Below are positions 43,641 to 56,390 of a stretch of DNA of 64,000 nucleotides, piece after piece. The DNA is from the human T2T-CHM13v2.0 reference genome, Homo sapiens. The stretch is from the NCBI RefSeq assembly GCF_009914755.1, contig NC_060934.1. One strand, given 5' to 3'. The notes under the pieces are model-generated. The model ran no database searches, had not been told where the DNA came from, and worked only from the letters and a program-made list of their open reading frames with translations. Each line of letters starts with the position of its first letter. Position 1 is the first letter of the stretch. The position numbers were made by a program, and so were the translations under genes.

Positions 43641-44414
43641 TCACATATCTTAAGTATAGCATTAAGGTCCAAGTTGATGATTAGATAGCTGAAGCCAGAG
43701 AATGTAGCCAGAGGTTGGAAAGAACAGAGTGACAGGAGGATGTGAGAAGCTTTGTTTTGCGTACCAGAGCATTATGTGAGGAAAGGAGTGGGATGGTATA
43801 CAGGTCACCACTGAGAAAGCAGTTATTGAGTATCCCTGGAAAGTTAGAAAGGTACCCCCAAGATCTTTATTTTAATAGTTCATTTAAAAACCTAGCATCT
43901 ATAAATGTACTGGAACTTTCAGAAACTATTATACTGGATGAACAAGTGCTATAATTTTTAAATGTAAGCAAAATTATTCAGTCAAATAATGTCTTATTAA
44001 TTGAAAACTTTTCTACATTGAAATAAAGTAGCATTTCCTTAATTTGTGGTTGTATTTTAGAATTTTAAAAACAATTCCATGTTCTCCTAAATTATAATTA
44101 AACATACATATGCATATCTGTTCTATATCTGCATCTATTGGCATTGTAGATCTGTGAAGCTCTATATTTCTAGATAAAGAAATTTTATTTCTGTTATTCA
44201 TATATTCACATATGGATGTGATCCTTTGGTTATTAGAGTTTGCCTTCTTGAGATCTTCTCCGCTTTTATTACATCTTTGCTATCACACAGCAACTAGAAA
44301 TTAAAAAATTTACAAGGATAAATTATTTAGGGAAAACAAACTCCTTTCCCCATCCTCCAATCTAGGAAAGAGAAGCTCAACATTGTGTTTTGAAAGGTTG
44401 TGATGACTGCAAAT

Positions 44415-44455
44415 ACACACACACACACACACACACACACATGCACACACACACA
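44415..44455. repeat. (CA)n microsatellite
   Basis: Direct reading. Confidence 0.9.
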
Positions 44456-45819
44456 TGAGAAAGTAAAGCATCTTTCTCTTGCAGGATCTTAAGGTGGATT
44501 AAACTGGTGAATCCCTGAAAATCAGAGGGTGGGGGGTGGAGATGAGTGCTATAACTAGAAGTAAAACTAGGAGGAGAGATTAGGAATTCCTGAATCTAAT
44601 GTTTAAGGGTCAGGGGTTTGAGGAATTTCTGTGCATGGTAGAGAGGAAGATCAAGTACACATGGAAGAGCTATGCATAACAGTGGTTAAGAGTACAAGCT
44701 CTGGAGTCATTTTACTGAGGTTCACATCTCAGTTTCACCAAGAATTGAGACAATAATAATGCCTAGCATTACTTTGAGGATTAAGTGATATAATCTTTGT
44801 AATAAGAATATAGAGAAAGTAGCACTATTATAGAATCAGAAAGTAAATCATAAGAGGGTCACAATATGATACATGAGGTTTCTCTATTCTCCCAGCTGGG
44901 AGGAAGTTTAATAAATGTAATAAATAATTGCCAAATGAAAAAACAATTACATCTGCTTCTTCCATAAGAAGCAAAATAGAGAGAGTTGGATGACAGAAAA
45001 TCCAGACCACTCTATAATGTAAAGGGAATTCTTTCACATAAGATATGATACTTATGTTAATCCTAAAGGCTACATATGATTAGAAAGAGAGAGAAAGAGA
45101 ATGAGAATGAGAAGAAAAACACAGGAAGCTACAGACGTGGCTGTTCATAGTCTGTACAAATGTGAAACATGTAGTACATTCCTAATTCTGTCACTCATTA
45201 ATCAAGCACTTTTTGGTAAGTTATGTAATTCTAATGGGCCTAAATTTATTTCCCTGTGATATGCAGTTTTGTGAATATTATAGTTATAGTGTTATTCTAT
45301 GTTTCTGTCATTTTCACAGTCCTCTCTAGTTTAGATTCTAAGGGGAACTACAATATATATTTCACACACTAGATGGCAATATATGGCTTTGTAAGTGGAT
45401 GTCTTTTTCACAGAAGCCTAAGACGTCTAATAATCAAATAAGAGCTGATTTTTCTCCAGAAAACACAGAGAGAAGGGTAGACATTAACCAATTCTTCATA
45501 CTGAGGTCATGTTTTAATCCCTTTGATTTGACCCACAGATGTTAAAGGATCTTGTGGGGACATTCTAGTTTAAGTCTTTAGTGCCAGAGAGAATTATTTC
45601 ATAACAATGAATTAAACACAAAATGATTTCCATGGGGGTCCAATTCTGAATTGAGTCAGCTCAATATAACATCCAAAGACCCTCATCCTCAGTCAAATAT
45701 ACCAAGTCAATTATTCTTAAACTTTTTCATCATAAAGAGCCTACATATGGCACAATACTCCTCCACTAAAAAAAAAGGAAAGAAGATCTATTTCTTTTCA
45801 GCATGATACATTTTTTTAA

Positions 45820-46139
<320 letters not shown>

Positions 46140-48324
46140 AATATCATTTTTTATAATAAGAGTAAACTATTCTTATTTTTAAAGTTATGATTATTCAAAA
46201 AATCGTAAAGAAGAAAATGAAAATCATATCTGAGCAATAGCCAATGTTAATGTTTGTCAAATTATTTCTGATTCATGAAAAAATATATAAATACATACTT
46301 TAATCTTCTTTCCAAGTTAAAAATATTTATAAATATTTCTGTTAATAAATATATTATTATATTAGTGGTCACTACCATTCTATTTTTCATGGGTATATAT
46401 TTACAAAATGTACACAGGAAGTGTTCTGAGAACACATACCTTAACTGAAAAGTCTGGTCTTGCCCCACAACACTATTTTTCACAAAATTGACAGAATTGG
46501 TCCCATTTAAAGATGAGTAATGATTAACAAGAGACATATGCAGAGAAAAGGAGAAAGACAACAGAACAGAAAAGAACAGAACCTAAGAAATGAGCTGATG
46601 AAAAATACATATCAGAAAAATTTTGCCAGGAAGCAAATTAGTTCAACAAACACTCGGGCATTAGTTCAGTAACAGTAAAAGAATACAGGACCTCTTTGAA
46701 ACAATACCTCAAGGAAGGGGCCAAAAGGAACTCTTGAAAATTACATGGATGACATGGAGAAAAGGCTAGAAAAAAAGTAATGCAAAGATCAAAGTTGAAA
46801 GTGAGTTAAAAGAAAACAGAAGCTTTGAGAGGGAGATACTTTAAGCTTTTGTAGATACTCTGAGATCATAATAAATGAAACAAATAAATCTTCCAATAAG
46901 TATTAGAAGGAAACTTACCTAAATAAGAGAAGAGCTGAATGTTCAAGGCAAAAGTGGACAACATAGCCCATGAAAAATGAACACAAAACTAGTAACAATA
47001 AGATATATACTTATGAAATTACTGGGCTCAAAGATAAAAAATATAAAAGAGATGGCTCTAAAGTAAAATATCCCTGAAAGGTTTAGAGGAAAAAGCATAC
47101 ACCAGAAAAAAGAAAATAAAAGAGAGAACATTTCATTTATAAAAGTTTATTTGAAAGCAAAATAAAATTAAAATGAAACTAAAGAGAGAACTTTTTAAGT
47201 CAAAGGATATAATTTTAATGAGGGTCTAGTACAAATCAAATAAAATCATAAAGCAAAAATTGCCACAAAAAAACCCAGGAAAGACAGAAAGAAAAGTAAT
47301 AATAGTAGGTGAGTTAAGTTATCTTTCTCAGCCAAACACAGCTCAAGTGCACACACAAAATATAAGATGTAAAAAGAGCTAAATAAAATTATTAATTAGC
47401 AAGCCCTTAAACACATTTAGGAGACAGTCTATGACACGGTGTTGCTTTAGATGTCACTAATACAAATATTGAGAAATACTTTCAAAATGTAATGTTAAAG
47501 GATCTCTCTTGATATACAAAACTATGCAGTTTTTAAATATTGGAGTATGTAATTTACAGCACAAATGAATGTCCTGACTGATGGCTACACTGTATTTTTA
47601 TAAAATGTTATAGTATGTTATTAAAACAATCTCAAAATCAATCCAATTATTGCCAACCTCCATGGCAATAAATTATCCTACTTTAAATGTCATTGGCAAC
47701 AAACTAGAAGTAGATTCATGAAGAGATCATTCAAATTAGTCTCCCACTTTGCCTACAGGCATCTAATAAATATTCCAATTTCTTCTATATTATTATCACA
47801 CACTGTACTAGAAAATAAGCTATATTATTTCTGCATAGTAGAAATGATACTCAAGGAAAAAAATGCTTTCAAAATTTAACAGCAGCTATACCCTTCCTCA
47901 GAAAACAATTTCTTCTATAGTTCTAAATCTAAGATCTATAAAACATATTTATTACCAGTTTTCTTTCTATTAGTGGCATAAAAAGCCATTTCTCTATCAA
48001 ATCCAAGGTCAATGTTAGCTGTGCAACAAAGTCAAAAGCTACAGGCATATCAATACCCACTGCCATCCCACAGCCCTGAAGCCTTGTCCACCACGACCAG
48101 ACTCTGTTATAGCTCATGGGCTTCAGGAAAGATGAGGTACCCTCTACAATTCAATGACTTGACGGGCCAGGGTCAGTGAGCCATGATGAAAGCAGGAGAA
48201 AATAAGTGAAATCTGTGCAGATACTGACAAAACAGAGCCACAAAAAAGTAAGAACATGCCATATTTTGTTTTCTGTTCCTGCATTAATTTGCTAAGGATG
48301 AGGGCCTCCAGCTCCATCATGACC

Positions 48325-48600
48325 TTTTATCTGGAATCCAGGTAATAGGGAAATCTATAGGGACAGATAGTAGATTAATGATTGCTTAGGGCTGGGGGCA
48401 GGGATGGGGATGGAGGGATGGGGGTGATAGCTAAAGGGGACAGAATTTCTTTTTGAGGTGATAAAAAATTCCAAAATTTACTAATTACAGACATTGATAA
48501 TGGTTGCCTATATCAGTTATTATACTAAAAACCACTGAATTGTACATTTTAGATAGGTGAATTGTATGGTATGTGACTTATAATCTTAAAGCTATTTTTT
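48325..48600 (+). mobile_element. L1MB 3' end
   Basis: aaatctatagggacagatagtagattaatgattgcttagggctggggg...aaaaccactgaattgtacatttta. Confidence 0.8.
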
Positions 48601-48959
48601 TGTGTGTGTCGTTGTTGTTTTGTTTTGTTTTAAGAGGTGTGTCTTAGGGGTTGAGGAAGAAGTCAGGGAAGAGGTGAGCCAAGAGGTCCCAAGCAGGGAA
48701 GAGCATAAGACAGAGACTCAAGAGTAATCCAAGATGAGATGTCGCATGGGTTCATATAATCAATATACGCAAAGCAAAGGTGCAAATGTGAGGAAAAGAG
48801 ATACAAATTGTTTGGACAGGCTGATGCTTTATGACAGCAGTTCTCAACCCTGGCTGCACAGTAGCATTACTTGTTTACAAGGCGAGTCACTTTTTGAAGA
48901 TACATTCGTTGCTCTGTTCCAGAAACAAGTAGATTTGCTAAGGCACGGTATTAATAATA

Positions 48960-49120
48960 ATTCTCACAGTGCGGCTTTGAACTGAATCTTCAGCATCACC
49001 TAGAAACTTGTAAAAAATGCAAATTGTCCATGCATACCTCGATACAACCAGAAACTCAGACTGTGGCCCAGTAATCTGTGTTTTAACAAGTCTTCCAGGT
49101 GATTCAGATGCAGGCATAAA
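48960..49120 (+). mobile_element. MER5A-like DNA transposon
   Basis: cagcatcacctagaaacttgtaaaaaatgcaaatt...ggcccagtaatctgtgttttaacaag...ccaggtgattcagatgca. Confidence 0.75.
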
Positions 49121-49789
49121 AACAAACCAAAACAATGGCAACAAAAATCCACTAGAGACAGGGTGAACATTCTGCACCCAGACCCTTGATGTGAACATAA
49201 TATGGTGTACCCTTCTAGTTCTTTTTGTCAGGCTTGGGAATAGCTATTACCAAGCAATTTTTCTAAGAAACTTTTGTTTTAACCTTTGTTAAGGAAAGCA
49301 AAACCCAGGTTTTAGCTATATTGTTCACAGACCTGAAAAGGAACTGAAACAGATGTTTTAGATATTTAAGGTTTTAACAGGAAAGTATTCCAATTTAAAA
49401 ACCAAGATGTCACTTTTTTTTTTTGTAACAGCAAAGTTGTGAGAAATCGGAAGTTCTCTCAAAGATTTAATATTTCAATTCTAGGGCATATAGATATTAG
49501 ATTGGACTTCCCAGACACACTGGATGAAGGAGAGAGACAGCAGCTGGAGTACCAAAAAGGATGTCAATTCACATTCCTGGCATGATTCAGGACACCCTTC
49601 TTACCTGGTAAATAGAAATTCATACAGAGCAACATACTATTTGAAAATAAGTAAGTTGATAAAAAGTAAATGAATCAAAATGAACATATAGAACTAATTA
49701 AGTTAATGAAAGTCAAAGGAATATGTAAATACAATTTTCAGATCTGAACTTAAGCATAAACAACTAGTATTTTAAAAAATAAGGTCTAC

Positions 49790-49950
49790 TGCAAAACAAG
49801 CAATGGGGAAAAGACTCCCTATTTAATAAGTGGTGTTGGGACAACTGGCTAGCCAGATGAACAAGATTGACACATGTTCACCTACGTAACAAACCTTCAC
49901 ATGTACCTCCAAACCTAAAATAAAAGCTAAAAAAATAAAAAATAAAAAAT
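49790..49950 (+). mobile_element. Short L1PA insertion (ORF2 piece fused to 3' terminus) inside an older L1M (to ~50400)
   Basis: aaaacaagcaatggggaaaagactccctatttaataagtggtg...aagattga joined to cacatgttcacctacgtaacaaacc...aaaataaaa. Confidence 0.75.
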
Positions 49951-50909
49951 AAAGATTATATCATAGTATTCTAGCACCTTGACAAAAAAAGAATAAACAA
50001 ACAAGTCTGAATAGATTCCTTTAAGAAATGGAATCTGTAATTTAAAATTTTACCACAAAGAAAACTCTAGGCCTAAATGGTTTTACCAGTGAATTCTTCT
50101 AAACATTTAGGAAAGAAATAATACCAAACTTGTATTAAAATGCTTCCCCTGAACAGAAACAGGAAAAATTTCCCAAATAATTCTATGAGGCCTACATACC
50201 TCCATGTCCAACAACTGGAGAAATTAATACAAGAAAAAATACTACAGCTCAATCACTCTCATGGACATGAATGCAAAAATCCTAAACAACATATTAGCAA
50301 GCCAAATTCAGATTTACATAAAAAGCATTAAAAAATAAGGTCCATTGTCAATATAGAGTTTTTCTTTCTTTCTTCATACAAATCCATATTTAATGAAAAT
50401 AGAATATGAATAGAATAAGAAAAAAGTCTATTATGGGATTCTATTAATGAGAATTTTACAGAGAATGTGAAGAAGTAATACGGACCAGTGAAGTTTTTCC
50501 TTAGGTCTTTTGGAAACACATTCATTCAGTTGGTCAGTTGGTCATTCACTCAATTCGCAAATATTAAAGAACACCTATGCAGTAAACACTCATTGTTCTT
50601 GATTACTCAGCACACAAGTTCTCTTCATGGCAGTACCTATATTTATTTTGAGGTGTTACTTTGTCCCATTGATTACATGCAATGCAATAGGATTATAATC
50701 CAAGATGCTGCAATTCCCTAGCCATGAGGTGGGAATAAGACCCATGTCAGGTCAATAGGATGCTCTCTTGAAATTTAAGTCTTGGGCAGAGGCACAATGA
50801 TACTGATGGGGCACATCGTTTCTAAAGGTCATATTCTCACCAGATTGTTGCCAGCTAGGGCTTTTTATATAATTCTTGTTCCACGGGGTTGGGGAATTAA
50901 AAACAGGGC

Positions 50910-51570
50910 ACTTCAGTCAGAAGTTTCAAGGTTTCAATTATGCAAGGTAAGTAAATCCTGGAGATCCCCTGTATAGCCTAGCAACTATAGTTAATAATAT
51001 CATATTGTATACTTAAAAAATTGTTAAAATAGTACATCTAATATGTTGTATATTCTTTTTTTTGTTTGTTTTTTTTGGTTTGTTTTTTTTTTTTTGACAC
51101 AAGGTCTTGCTCTGTCACCCAGGCTAGAGGGCAGTGGCACAGTCAGGGCCTACTGCAGCCTTGACTTCCCAGGCTTAGGCAATTCCCCGCCTCAGCCTTT
51201 TGAGTAACTGGGATTACAGGAACATACCACTATGCTTTGCTACTTTATTTTTTTTTGTAGAGATGAGGTCTTGCTATATTTCCCAGGCTGACCTCGAACA
51301 CCTGGGCTCAAGCAACCCTCCTGCCTCACCCTCCCAAAGTGCTGGGATTATAGGCATGAGCTACCACACCTGGCCTATGTTAAGCATTCTTATTACAAAA
51401 GAAAAAAATAACAAATAAAGGGGAAAAAGCTTTTGGAGGTGATGTGGATATGTTTATGGCATAGACTGTGGTAATGGTTTTAAGAATGTATACTTATCTC
51501 CAAATTCATCACACTGTATACAGTATGTACAGCTTTTCATATGTCAATCATACTCAAAGTGATTTAATAA
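50910..51570 (+). mobile_element. L1MA9/10-like 3' end split by an Alu
   Basis: caaggtttcaattatgcaagg...atagttaataatatcatattgtatactt / cttttggaggtgatg...gtatacttatctccaaa. Confidence 0.75.
51056..51375 (-). mobile_element. AluJ
   Basis: T-rich tail then antisense dimer (ctgcagccttgacttcccaggctta, cctgggctcaagcaa). TSD tatgttgtatattctt / tatgttaagcattctt. Confidence 0.93.
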
Positions 51571-52901
51571 AAGAGGACTCATGCAAGGGCTAAAAGATGA
51601 GACCACATGCTCTCTAAGACTCCCTTCAATTCTGAGTTTCTATGATTAAAATGAACACCGTCAGCTAGGATTGTAGTATCAGTAAGGAAAACTGGCCTGA
51701 TGAAACAAAAGCTAACTGAGCAAGTGCAACTTCTTGGAGAAATGTATCCTCCCTGCCCCAGTACTTAATACCTTTATTCCCTTTTTGTTTCTCATATCTG
51801 AATTCCTTCCTACTACTTAGTACAGGAATTTTAGCTTTCAGACTCCTCACATGTGCCTTTTGCTGACATTACTTCCCTGTTCACCTCTGGATCTCAGAGT
51901 TGACTTAGAATAAACCCAAAGTCTCCTGTTGTTCACATGTATACTAGAAATTCTAATTTGGCCACTGGCTTACTATCTTCTCCTTCCCACTATCCCCAGC
52001 ATTTCTGGCAGTAAGAGTGCAAATTCTACCACTGCCATCCCACCTGCACTGAGTTACATCTCATCTGTGCTGAGTCAAAGTGGCAGGAAAAAGATGTCTG
52101 TGGATTTATCACAAGTTTCTGGTGGCAGTGCACCAGGAACCCTCAGGAATCACGAAGAAAATCTTAGGTATCTACCTAAGAAAATCTTAGCTATCCACCT
52201 CCCCTACTCCCACCTCTGAGAGTAAATAGCTGCTGTCAACTAGGAAAGATATAAGCATGTAAATGACATTTCTAAATTGGCTATTTGTAGTTTAGAGTCT
52301 ACTTTGGGGAAAGATAGGAAATCAAACCCTCTGCACATACTTTCCCCACCACGTTTTATATCAAAAAGAAATTAAACAAAGGTTACTATCTAAGGTAAAG
52401 TGAATAATGCTAAACCAACTGCAGTATCCAAAGGCTTAGAAAGGATAAAAATTTTCTTTGACTTTTAGTTCCTTTATTAAATTTGGCTCTTCTGGCATAA
52501 TTTCAGCTTCTTCAGCAAAATTTACTCATCCCCTCTCACCCATCCCTTGTCATGCCTCTCGTTCACAAAAGAGCTAGCTAGACAATTGCCTCAGACAGAA
52601 GTAAACACAATTAGAGAGCAACCCAGAGAACAAGAACATAGGAAAGGAGGCAATCCAAGCAAGTACTTGTACATAAAAATCTTTTCTCAAAAATGGCCAC
52701 AAAAACTGCTCTTCCTTTAGGCAAAATCATTTCATATCCATCAAAAATACTGACGTGTTGAAGACATGGGCAATAAGAAAAGTGTTCAACTTTTAACCAG
52801 CTTTAAAAACATTCTATGGGTTTCACCTTGGCCTAGATTAATATCATGACGACGGCCGTAAGTATCAGTTTTTAAGACAGGCAAATCAATAGAGTCTATC
52901 A

Positions 52902-53180
<279 letters not shown>

Positions 53181-53933
53181 TTATCAGAATTGCATATATG
53201 AATAAAGGGGATGTGAGTAGTCACAAACTGAATCCATTCAAGTGAACAAAATGGCCAAGACTGTCTTCTACTGTCCTCCAGCTCTCTTCCTTTACTTTCT
53301 TTCTAATTTAGTGGGAATTCATCCCTACCTGGCATCCTTGGACTTCCCTATCAGTGCCTGCTCTGAATCAAAAACTACACCTACAATTAGTGATAAAAAT
53401 AAAAATAATAACTATAGCTACTTTTCATTAAGCAGCTACTATATGCCAGCTGCTTGGTACACATTATACTAATTTATCTCACAGACAAGGAAATAGATTG
53501 AGAAATAGCATGCCATGATTTAAAACTATAACCATCTGACTCTAAAGCTCATCATTTTTGCAGAACAAGTATACACTTCAGTAAACATGTGTGTTAGCAA
53601 TGAAATAAGAAGAGCAATATTCTCTATTAAAGGAATTAATATTTCCCATTAAAGGACCTGAAAAAGGTTCTCTGTAAGGGAAATGCAAGTTCTCATCAAT
53701 AGATCAATTGTCTTCATTAAGAAGAATCAGAATTTAGAAACATACTCTAGAGTACCCTCCCATAACATTTTCCTTCTTAGCACTTAACACAAGGATATTT
53801 TAATAATTATTTCTTTAATATTGTCTTCCCTTTTAATCTGTAAGGCCCATGAGCTACAAATTATACCTGTTTTATTTCTATGTATAGCATATAGTATACA
53901 TAGCATAGAATTTATTAGTTAAGTATTTATTTA

Positions 53934-54269
<336 letters not shown>

Positions 54270-55214
54270 TCATTAAGTCTCCTTAGTAAACTAGTACTCA
54301 CCTTCCAGTTTTCAAAAAATTTTGATTTACAAGCAAATCTACTTTTATTCAGCTTTGTGTATAGAAAAAGAAAGAAATGAAGATGGAATGAGGGAGGAAA
54401 AAAGCACACTGAAAGATCCTGTTCATCTTTACCTGGGAAATCTCACGTTCCTAGTCACTAAAAATCCAGCTAAAGTTCATCCCAAAGCTTCCTTTCTGTA
54501 GCCACTCCAGCTCAGTGTGATCCTTCCTCTCTATGATATTCTTCAACCATCACTGCCTTTAGTACTAATTTTGACATTGATTCAAAATATCTGCATGCTT
54601 TAGTTGTATCTTATCTATGTAATAATACTCAAGGCTCCTTCATGTCGGGTCTTCAGATCTCATACACTTTCTTCTCTTTCATTGACCCTTAAATAATGCT
54701 ACACCCTAGTAAGCACTCCAGTTTTTAAAAAATCAAATGTAAATGTTAGAAGAAACATAGTTCTAGCTAGCCCAAGAGATCAATCTCTGTTCAAGACAGT
54801 GTGCATCATTCTGTTCAAAGATTAGAGCAAGGGGCTTGTAAACAGTACTCCATCTTGCCTGAGGGCTTTTCTAAGGCCCCTGCTTGGAGAAGGTGCAAAT
54901 AATTTGCACTTTCAACACATATCCACCATCTCCTTTATTCCAACAAGGGCAGCTCTGCTTCACTCTGTTTTTATTTATTTAGGATGCCTCACCCTACTTG
55001 CCTCACTTAGTCCATGGCCCTGTCCCAGACCTCAGCTAAGTTAACTGATTCTACGTTTTCTCATAATATTCCTTTGAAGAGAACAATATGCTGTTATTGT
55101 TGGTGGTATGAGTGTGTGTTTAAGGGGACTTAAGTTCACAGTCCTAGAAAATTCTTCATGCCCCAGATGAACGCCTTGAAAATGTATCCCAATGGCCACA
55201 AGGTGTTCTGCAAA

Positions 55215-55215
55215 G

Positions 55216-55259
<44 letters not shown>

Positions 55260-55370
55260 TTATATATATATACTATATATATATGTGTGTGTATATATAT
55301 ATATATACACATATATATACACCAAGGTGTATATGTATATGTGTGTGTGTGTGTGTATATATATATATGT
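55215..55370. repeat. Compound (TA)n/(CA)n/(TG)n microsatellite
   Basis: Direct reading. Confidence 0.95.
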
Positions 55371-55548
55371 CAGTGGTTCTCTAAGTATGAACCCCAGACC
55401 AGCAGCACCTATGTACTAGAAAATGCACATTCCTGGGCCCCAACCCGACCATACTGAATAAGAAACTCTGGGAATTGAGCCTCGCAATCCATGTTTAACA
55501 AGCTCCCTTAGTCTTGTCATGATGCGCGCTAAAGTATGAGAACCACTG
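55371..55548 (+). mobile_element. MER5A DNA transposon
   Basis: Terminal inverted repeats cagtggttctc ... gagaaccactg with a MER5A interior. Confidence 0.88.
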
Positions 55549-55819
55549 GGGTAGGTGGACACGCCCAAATCAAACACCACTGGCAAAACCACCCAAAAAG
55601 CAGCATTTATCAAGAGGTAGGAGAAATGGTATAGCCTCTCTTATTAACCAGAAAGGCTTCCTTTCCAACTGCTTGGAGCAAAGTTTTTGGGAAAGTGGCA
55701 TTTCCTTGTGAAAGTAATTAATAACTTTCACAAAGACTATGTGTTTAAATCTATAAGCTCTGAAAAACCCAATTTTAAAATGGATAAATAAATAGTCTCA
55801 AGAGTTATGTCTGAGCTTA

Positions 55820-56390
55820 GTAAATTTGACCATGTCCCTCTCTTGCATAAAACCCTTCAATGGCTTCCCATCGCACTTAAGAGTATAAAATCTTTAACAT
55901 TGCTTACAAAGCCCTGTATAACCTGGCCCTGCCTTAGTCTTGAGCATCATCTTTTACCATTTTCTCCCTCACTCACTACCGTCCAGTCATAATGATCTTT
56001 TATTCCTTGAATGCACTAACCTCCTCCTACTGCTTCAAAACAGTTCCAATTTGATGTGTCCACTGCATTGAACTCTCATCATTCAGCTCTCAGCCTAATT
56101 CCCTCTTGCCCACCTTTCAGGTACCCATGAAAATATCAGTTCCTCAGGGATGCTTTCCCTAACACATCTCCCCCATCACTCCTCTAAAACCTACTGGGCT
56201 AGGTCCTTTTATTGTAAGTTCTCTCATAATGCTCTCACTCTTTCTTCTTAACATTTATCATGCATCTTTTCTTTGTATGTATAATTAGTTTAATGTCTTT
56301 TCTTCCCACTATACTCTACATTAACAGAGGCCAGGATCATGTCTCTTATTGACTTTTGTTTCCCCAGCACATAATATTTAATTAGAATAA
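55820..56390 (+). mobile_element. L2 LINE fragment
   Basis: tgaccatgtccctctcttgcataaaacccttcaatggcttcccatcgcactta...tccccagcacataa. Confidence 0.75.

Noticed and set aside
48389-48424. G-quadruplex motif (another at 15492-15512)
   Set aside because: Both are ordinary G-rich parts of L1 3' UTRs.
55041-55457. ORFs with YI/CV/HT repeats
   Set aside because: Translations of the dinucleotide microsatellite.
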